In this document: positions 56,401-64,000 of the stretch, one piece after another
How the letters are laid out: every line of letters begins with the position of its first letter
Numbering within the stretch: position 1 is the stretch's first letter
Origin: the human T2T-CHM13v2.0 reference genome, Homo sapiens
Reading direction: 5' to 3' (one strand)
Assembly (NCBI RefSeq): GCF_009914755.1
Contig: NC_060927.1
Length of the DNA stretch: 64,000 nt
Notes under the pieces: generated by a model
What the model saw: only the letters and a program-made list of their open reading frames with translations
Told to the model about the DNA's origin: nothing
Databases searched by the model: none
Position numbers and translations under genes: made by a program

Positions 56401-57164
56401 CTTGGGGAGGAGAAGTAAGGGGCTGAAAGAAAATACCGCAAGCACACTTCAAGAATTTAAAGTGCACGCATGTTTCTTCAAACTCCATATATGTTTATAG
56501 GTTCTTTAGAATAACTTATAAAAGCAAGAGTTTTGGCCTTTATTATTACATTGATTAGATGATATGCAGAGATTCGAAGATATCTTCAATATAAAAACCA
56601 CCAAGCATCATTTAATGAAAATTAAAAGCAGTATACTCCATGAAAAAATGAAGCAACTTTTATAGGAATGCTACAATTCACAGCTGTGTAGAGTGACAAA
56701 ATTGTTCTCATGCCCCTCCTAGCATGCATTAGGATTTTCGTTATGTGAAAGTTTTCTTCAGAGTGAATGCAAATCAAAAAAGACTGTATTCACAGCCTTT
56801 AGTGGGATGTACTAGAGAAAATTCACTTTTTATACCTACTAACTCAATTTTCCACCTTACTTTGTATACTACACATCTGGCAAGAGCAGACAGTATGACT
56901 TAGTAAAGTCAAAGGACCCAAAAAAACCCCTGCTATAACAAAATGCTGTCTTTGAGTTGCAACTTTTGATTCTTAAGGGAAAAATAAAACTGTTTTTATT
57001 TGTAAAATAGAACCTTACATGCATTAAAATCTTTACTAAGGATTTTCACACACATATCTGGTCAGATATTCCTACAATATCATTAATATAGCAGAGATTT
57101 GTTCATTTCACAAGTGAGGAAATAAAAGCTCAAGTCAATGAAATAAAGGCTTGATCTTAATATA

Positions 57165-57620
57165 TGTAATAGTAAGGATGCATTTGACAGCAAATAACAA
57201 AAAATCTGATTGATGTGGTTTTAAACAATAAAAATAATTTATTGTTGCATGTGAACTGAAGGCCACAGTTAGGTTGGGATAACCCTTGGTTTAATAAGAG
57301 CTTGACTTTTCAGTGATTGTCGTAGGTCTTTCTTTTTCCATACTTTGACCACATTCACAAAATATTGTGCAGAACTGAAACTGTGTGCATGCATCTCTGA
57401 ATCGGAGCACTGGGCTTCCTGCTCTTGGAAACATTCCTGACCCAATCTCAAGGGCCATGGAATTCTAGGTGGTGATTGATTGGTGCCTGGATTACACAAA
57501 CCAATCCCTGTGTCTGTGAACTCATGGAGCACGTTTTAGCCAAGGTCTAACCCTTTGCGCTAGAGAAGAGGACCCTCACCCACCATTGAATGAGCAGTAC
57601 ACACAAAATAAAATATGAGG
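57165..57620 (-). mobile_element. MaLR LTR, MLT1J/K/L-like
   Basis: AGGATGCATTTGACAGCAAATAACAAAAAATCTGA...TGATTGG...ACCAATCCCTGTG. Confidence 0.55.
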
Positions 57621-57818
57621 GTTCAACCAAAGGAGACGGTGAAGGGAGAGTTTTAACCCTCATAAATAACAGGTATAAGACTAAAATCTGTCATTTGTAC
57701 CCCTTCCTCAGTGCTCTTTCCTATCTAAGATAATGTATCCTGTGTTAATTAATACACATTTTTATAAGGGGTTGTTTTATAAATCTTACCTCTTTTCTGC
57801 ATTATGTGAATAGTAAGA

Positions 57819-58000
57819 TGGAGAATGTTGCTTATTATAATAAAGTGATAACTCAGCTAATATTCTTATTTCTTCACCCTCATTGAGATTTTCTATGAAA
57901 TATCATTTGGAGAACATTTCTTATTATAATGAAAAGTGATAACTCAGCTAATTTTCTTATTTCTTTACCTGTCATTGAGATTTTCTATGAAACACCAGTT
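57819..58000. repeat. Diverged ~90-bp tandem duplication (2 copies)
   Basis: TGGAGAA...CTTATTATAAT...AAAGTGATAACTCAGCTAAT...TCATTGAGATTTTCTATGAAA repeated at 57819 and 57908. Confidence 0.9.
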
Positions 58001-58531
58001 AAAGCAAAAGCCTAGCCACTTCTAAGATACTGTATTACAATATTATTATATATTCTGACACATTCAGATATAATTGTTTACTTGTCTTTTTTTGCTGACA
58101 AAATTCCTGCATCAGTGTAAGTGGCCATTTATTTTTGATTCATGTAGACAAATGCTTAGCTCTTTAATGGGAGCTTGATTTGAAAGACATATCAAATCGT
58201 ACATTACAGAGCCATTTCCCCTGAAGATTGCTCCTCCACGTCAGCAAATGCACATTTGGTTAGGAATAAATCACGAAAATGTTTATGGCTACGTATATGT
58301 TATATATGAAACATTGTTAATGGCTACCATCTTTGTGCCAACATGGTTTTATGCTGGACAATTTAAGGACAATTTCCAGTCCAAAGATTTTGGTCATTTT
58401 TCAGAGGCTCCATTATATTTTCCAGGCTACTTAGAATACCATTTAGTAAATTGCTGCCTCAGAGCACTAGATGATGATTTTATCATTTAAATAGTTAATA
58501 CACTTAAATTGCCTGACAACTAAAATGCCTA

Positions 58532-58535
<4 letters not shown>

Positions 58536-58569
<34 letters not shown>
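58536..58569. repeat. (CA)n microsatellite
   Basis: About 17 uninterrupted AC units. Confidence 0.95.
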
Positions 58570-58572
<3 letters not shown>

Positions 58573-59926
58573 CTAGCCTACCATAACCTCAGACACTACA
58601 TTTCACTGTAGGTCAGACCTAGGGTCCCTAAGCCACAGTAGAATGATAATAGTTTAGTCTTCAACACTAAAAGGCCTCCAGATACCATGTTATCAAACTT
58701 CTTCATTATAAGGAAAAGAAAAGCAAGTCAACGGACCTATGTGATTACCAGGTTTTTGAATATTTTGGAGAGATATAGCTATCAAAACTATAAAAATTTA
58801 AGCATAATTTGAGGAGTAATTGTTGTTCCTTCTTTTCATAAAATAACATGCTTCCAAATTATGTTGGAAGATGGAAGACTGATAATTCAAGGGCTAGGGG
58901 AAGCTGTGTAAAATTGATCATTGTTGTAGAAGATACCAGCATTTCATACATTTCTCTGTTTTTTTAATCTCATTTAGCTTCCCAAAACAAGGTGTAGTTA
59001 TTGCACAGGTTATATAACTCTCAAGTCAGAAAAGATCCAAATGTCTTTTAAAACAATCTCTTAAGGGGTGACTACGTCAGGCTGTAATTGGCTGATTGAG
59101 TTTCGGTTTAATATTACACCTTGCCCCTAGCATCCACTCCTGCTGTCTCTAGGCACTGTCCTTTTCTTTCACAGATTTGACATTTTCTTTTGACCTTAAC
59201 TTCTTAATGTTCCTTCATTTTATAAATGCTTCATTTTTCATGCTTGCAAAAATGGAGTCTCTTATATAAGGACACCTGTCATGCTGTCAGTTCATAGTAA
59301 AACCAGCACCATAACCTAGATATCACTCTTCTCCTCTGGTTACAGTCATTTTATATAATAAGATTTAAAACAATAAAGTTAGTGTCATTAATGTGTCTCA
59401 AAATTCAAGTTTTTCAGCTTCCTCTAAACATTTCTTTTCTTTGAATCTATAAGTCTTATTTCTCTTATCACTAAAAATACATACATCAAAATAAATAAAA
59501 GCTTTCTTCTCCAATTACCTACCTAGCTAATTCTCTTTCTACTTCATTTATGTCCTACATTATTTAAAAATTAATCAATGTTCTCTTCCTTTTTTGCTCA
59601 TTCATTTCTGCCTGACCAGCCTCCTAAAACCAGTTCCATTGAGTCACTAATAATCTTTTATTTCTCAGACCTAATGGATGCTTTTCTATCCTTGAGTTAT
59701 GTTGTCTCCTTCATGAATGTTCATGAAACATTCTCACTTTTAGAAAGAGCATGTTTTCTTCGTTTCTCTCCTACCTCTTTGACTAAACTTCTTTAGCTTC
59801 TGTCTCCCCCACCCCTGCCAAGCATACCCTGTAGTTTTGTATCCTACAATTCTTTATATGTTTAACCTTCCTTCTTGCTTCTCTGCCACCTATACACCTA
59901 TGACTTTGGAGTCTATGTGCCTACAC

Positions 59927-60135
59927 CAGTGCTTCTCAAACTGAGTAATTTAGCCCCCGAGGATCTATCTGGAGACATCTTTAGTTGTCACTGCTGGATG
60001 ATGGGGTGGGAATATTACCGCCATGTGGTATGTAGAGTATGGATGCTCTAAACATCCTGGAGTGCACAGGGCAGCCTCCAATAACAAAGGAATAACCAGC
60101 TAGAATGCCAACAATGTCACGCTAGAAAAACTCTT
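59927..60135 (+). mobile_element. MER20 (hAT-Charlie MITE) nested in an L2 relic (~59570-60300)
   Basis: CAGTGCTTCTCAAAC...TCTGGAGACATCTTTAGTTGTCAC...TAAACATCCT...TGCACAGGGCAGCC. Confidence 0.8.
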
Positions 60136-60710
60136 CTGTAGACCGTACTATTCTTCAATTCCCAACTTATATTCACTTGCTTAGTTGATGTCTTTACAAC
60201 AAACAGAAAGATCTTTCACTGAGGCTTTGAATGAAACATTTCTATATATAAATCAAACATAATTTGCAACTAAACAATTTATTTTCCCACATTGCCTTGT
60301 GTTAGATAATGAACTTTTCTTTAACTCCTTCTAAGTATGTGACACATCTTCTCCACTGGAAAGTTCTTATTTAATATTATAACTGTAATGTCCTTTGATT
60401 TCTTCTTTTTGTGATACCATGTATAATCAATACTGTATGACCTTTTATACACTTTGGTCACTTTTTTTGATGAGGCAAGGGATGTATTCACATGCATGAT
60501 ATGGTCGTCACCCACATACTTACTATATGTGTAAATAGAGGGAAAACCACCTTGGGAAAATGTTCTCTACTTCATCATGTTACTTTTAATATGTCAATTA
60601 GGCCTATCATATTTTCCAATAATCAAGCTAATTTTTGCCGCTTTTTCACAAAGGAGGACTTTGAAAAGTTGTTAATGAAGCTCAGACCACCAACTTTTGC
60701 TTTTGGGTGT

Positions 60711-63384
60711 TGTCTTAGTCTTTTTGGGACTGCTGACACAGAATACCCAAGGCAAGGTGGTTTATAAAAAATACATATTTCTTTATTTTTTTAAAAAATA
60801 TTTCGACTTTTATTTTAGATTCAGGAGGTACATATGCAGGTCAGTTCCATGAGTATATTGCATGATGCTGCTGTTAGTATGATTGATCCTGTCACTCAGG
60901 TAGTGATCATAGTACCCAATGGGTAGTTTTTTAACCCTTGTCCCACTCTGTCCCTTCCCAATCTAGTACTCTCCAGTATATATTGTTCCCATCTTCATGT
61001 TCATGTGTACCCAATGTTTAGCTCCCACTTATAGGTGAGAACATGTGGTATTTGGTTTTTGGTTTCTACAAAGAACAGATATTTGTTTCTTATAGTTCTA
61101 GATGCTGGGGAGTCCAAAAATCAAGTGACCCACTTCTGGTGAGGAACTTTTTGCTACATCACCCCATAGTAGGAAAGCAAAGGAGTACATGCTCAAAAGA
61201 TCAAGAGACTGAACTCACAGCCCCCAACTCTTTTATAATTGGCATTATTAATCCATTCATAAAGATGGAGCCCCCTTCACAATCACCTCCCATTAGGCCC
61301 CACTACCCCACACTGTTGCATTAGAGATTAAGTTTCCAATATATGCTTTTAGGGACCACATTCAAACCATAGCATTCCAACCCTGGTCCCCGAAATTCAT
61401 GTCATTCTCACAAGCAAAATGCATTACTTTCATTTCAATACCCCCAAAGTTTTAGTTTGTTCCAGCACCAACTCATAAGGCCAAAGTCGAGAGTCTCCTC
61501 TAAAGAGAATGGTGGTGAGAGTCAAGGCATGATTCATTTTGAGGCAAATGCCCTCCAACTATCAGCCTGTGAAACGAAAGCAAGTTATCTACTTCCAAAT
61601 TACAGTGATGGAACTGGCATAGAGTAGACATTCTCATTCCAAAATGGACAAATAGGCAAGAAAAGAGGGGTAACTAGTCCCAAGTAAGTCCAAAACCCAA
61701 TAGGGGGAAAACAGTAAATCTTAAAGCTGGAGAATAACTTTTTTAACTCCGTGTCTTGCCTTCTCAGCACACTGGGACAAGGATTGGACCTCCAAAGCAT
61801 CAGGCAGCCCATCCCTATGACTTTAGCAGGCTTACTCCACCTAGCAGCTCTCATGGGTTGGAGTCTTATACCCGTGGCTTTCCCAGGCTGGAGCAGCATA
61901 TTGATGGTTCAGCAGTTCTGAGGTCTTGGAGGCTACTCCACTCTCATGACTCCACTAGGCATTGCCCTAGTGGGGACTTTCTGCAGTGGGTTTGCCTCTG
62001 CGGCAAGTCTTTGCCATGGTCTCCAGTCTGTCTGTAACATGCTTTGAAATCTAAGTAGACGTTGCCATGGTCCCAGAGCTCCTGCCCGCTGTGCACCTGC
62101 AGAATTAGTACCATGAGGATGCTGCCAGGATTTACAGCTTGTACCTTTGGTGGCTCAAGCCTCACTTGGGTCCACTTGAGCCAAGACTAGGATGGCCAAG
62201 AGGCACTGCATTCAGAGAGCAGAGTCCTAAAGCAAAGGGCAGTGAATCCTGAGGTCCTGTAGCCACCTCTCTGAAAACTTTGCTCTGAAAACAAGGCAAG
62301 TCCTATCTTGCCTTGAAGGTCTGTGAAATGCCTTTAAGGTCGTTCTTCTATTGTCTTAATCAATAGAACCTGGCTTGCTTCTACCCATATTAATCTCATT
62401 AGCAAAGAGTCACTTGGCCACACACTTAATATTCTCTGCTGAACACACTTTTTAATTCTTTACATGGCCAGGCTGAGATTTTTCTAAATCTTTCTATTCT
62501 GTTTCCCTTTTAATGATAAATTCCATCATTACATTATTGTCTCCTTCTCTTATTTTACTGTAAGCAGCTAATAGAAGCCATGCAGCATCTTGAGTACTTT
62601 GATGCTTAAATATTACTTCTGCCAGACCTGCTAGCTCATAGCTCTTAAATTCTACCTTCATGAAGTCCTAGGACATGGACAGGATTCTGCCAACTTCTTG
62701 GTGACTGAATAACAAGGATGGCCTCTACTTCAGTTTCCAATACTTTGTTATTTCCACCTGAGATGTCATCAAAATGATCTTTACTTTCTGTATTTCTCCC
62801 AGTATTCTGATGATGACCACTTAAATAATCTGTAAGAAGATTTAGGTTCTTTTTACAACTCTTCTTTTCTTCTGAGCCCTCAGAAGATGCACCCTTAATG
62901 CTCCCTGTATAGTAAGCTAGGCTTTTATAGCCTGCTCTTCCAAATTCTTCCAGTCTCTACTCTTTACCCTGTTTCAAAGCCCTTCTCACATCTTCTGGTA
63001 TTTGTTATAGCAACAGTCCCACTTCCCAGTACCATTTATTTATCTTAATCTGTTTGGGGTTGCATAGCAGAATACCTGAGATGGAGTAATTTATAAAGAA
63101 CAGATCTTAAGGTTCTGGAGGCTGGGAAGTCCAATGTCAAAGATCCTGCATGTGGTGACAGTCTTCTTGCTGCTTCCCATGGTGGAAGGACAAAAATGCA
63201 CATGCATGAGAAAGCAAGTGATAGGACATGCAGGCTGAAGTCTTTCATAAACAGTATTATTCCATTTATAAGTATGGAGCTCTTCTGACCAAAACACCTC
63301 TCGTTAGGCCCCACTTCCCAATGTTGTTGCATTGGTTATTAAATTTCCAACATGCTTTTTGGGGAACACCTTCAACTCATGGCA
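60711..63384 (-). mobile_element. Full-structure MaLR provirus (MSTC/MSTD-like): 5'LTR 63041-63384, internal 61375-63040, 3'LTR 60711-61374
   Basis: Two homologous LTRs flank ~1.67 kb of MST-int-like sequence. TSD-like GGTGT (60706) / GGTAT (63385). Confidence 0.85.
60781..61067 (-). mobile_element. L1PA15/16-like 3' end inserted into the MST 3' LTR
   Basis: TTTTATTTTAGATTCAGGAGGTACA...TTTAGCTCCCACTTATAGGTGAGAACATGTGGTATTTGG. A degenerate duplication of LTR sequence flanks it. Confidence 0.88.
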
Positions 63385-63485
63385 GGTATGGATGTATGTG
63401 TGTATAAATACATAACAAACACAAATATATATATGTGTGTGTGTGTGTGTATGTACATATGCACATACACATTTATATAAATATA
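63385..63485. repeat. (TA)n(TG)n simple repeat region
   Basis: ATATATATATGTGTGTGTGTGTGTGTATG. Confidence 0.8.
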
Positions 63486-64000
63486 AAAACATCTATGGTT
63501 TCCTGGGGATATTATCTTGGAATCCTGCATTTTTTAATAAGTACAAAGTGATTAAATGTGAGCTCATATTCGAAAACCACTTCCTTTGCCAAGGCCCAGG
63601 CCAGTCACAAAAGAGGTTATTAGCATTTCATTAGTTGGATTTTCTCTGTTGCGTCTATTAAAGAGCCTCCATTTCCCCCATTAATACAGTGGGTTTGTTG
63701 TCAGAGGGTGGCAGCATTATAAATAATGTGTGCACTTTTAGGTTACCAGTTTGGAGACTAGGCCTATGTTCTGAATGTTTTCCTGAGACCATATGGATAA
63801 TCTTTTGGCATCATCCAGACTCAAACCCTCTGACTGCTTCTAATAATGCTGGTGCTTTCAGTGGTCACAAAATAGATCACAGTCTCAAGGATCAATGTAA
63901 GATTTGAAGGTAAGGACATCTTTATGTGTAGAGGGACATTTTCTGATCTGGTAAATAACTTATCAAGCTGAGGTGATTTTTTTCTCAGTTGTCTCCCTTC

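Overview
AT-rich, repeat-dense primate (very likely human) genomic DNA that looks deep intronic or intergenic. It contains no intact protein-coding gene. The long ORFs come from decayed LINE-1 ORF1/ORF2, Alu antisense frames, simple repeats and a truncated processed RPSA pseudogene. Recognisable content: three Alus (AluSc-, AluSx/Sz- and AluY/Yk-like), several L1s of different ages, many MIR/L2 relics, hAT and Tigger DNA-transposon MITEs, ERVL/MaLR solo LTRs, and one apparently complete LTR-int-LTR MST-type MaLR provirus. One well-formed 79-nt candidate exon lies on the + strand (25904-25982). With the minus-strand bias of the L1s, it suggests the window lies inside a large + strand transcription unit that I cannot name. 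I found no evidence for a genuinely new biological system. The most notable items are a tailless, TSD-less internal L1PA3/4 fragment, an RPSA pseudogene fused to a THE1 LTR, an AluY with strongly asymmetric arm divergence, a divergent pair of DUX4-motif LTRs, and a decayed acidic coding-like fossil. Subfamily names come from recalled consensus sequences and need RepeatMasker/Dfam confirmation. Mismatch counts are by eye.
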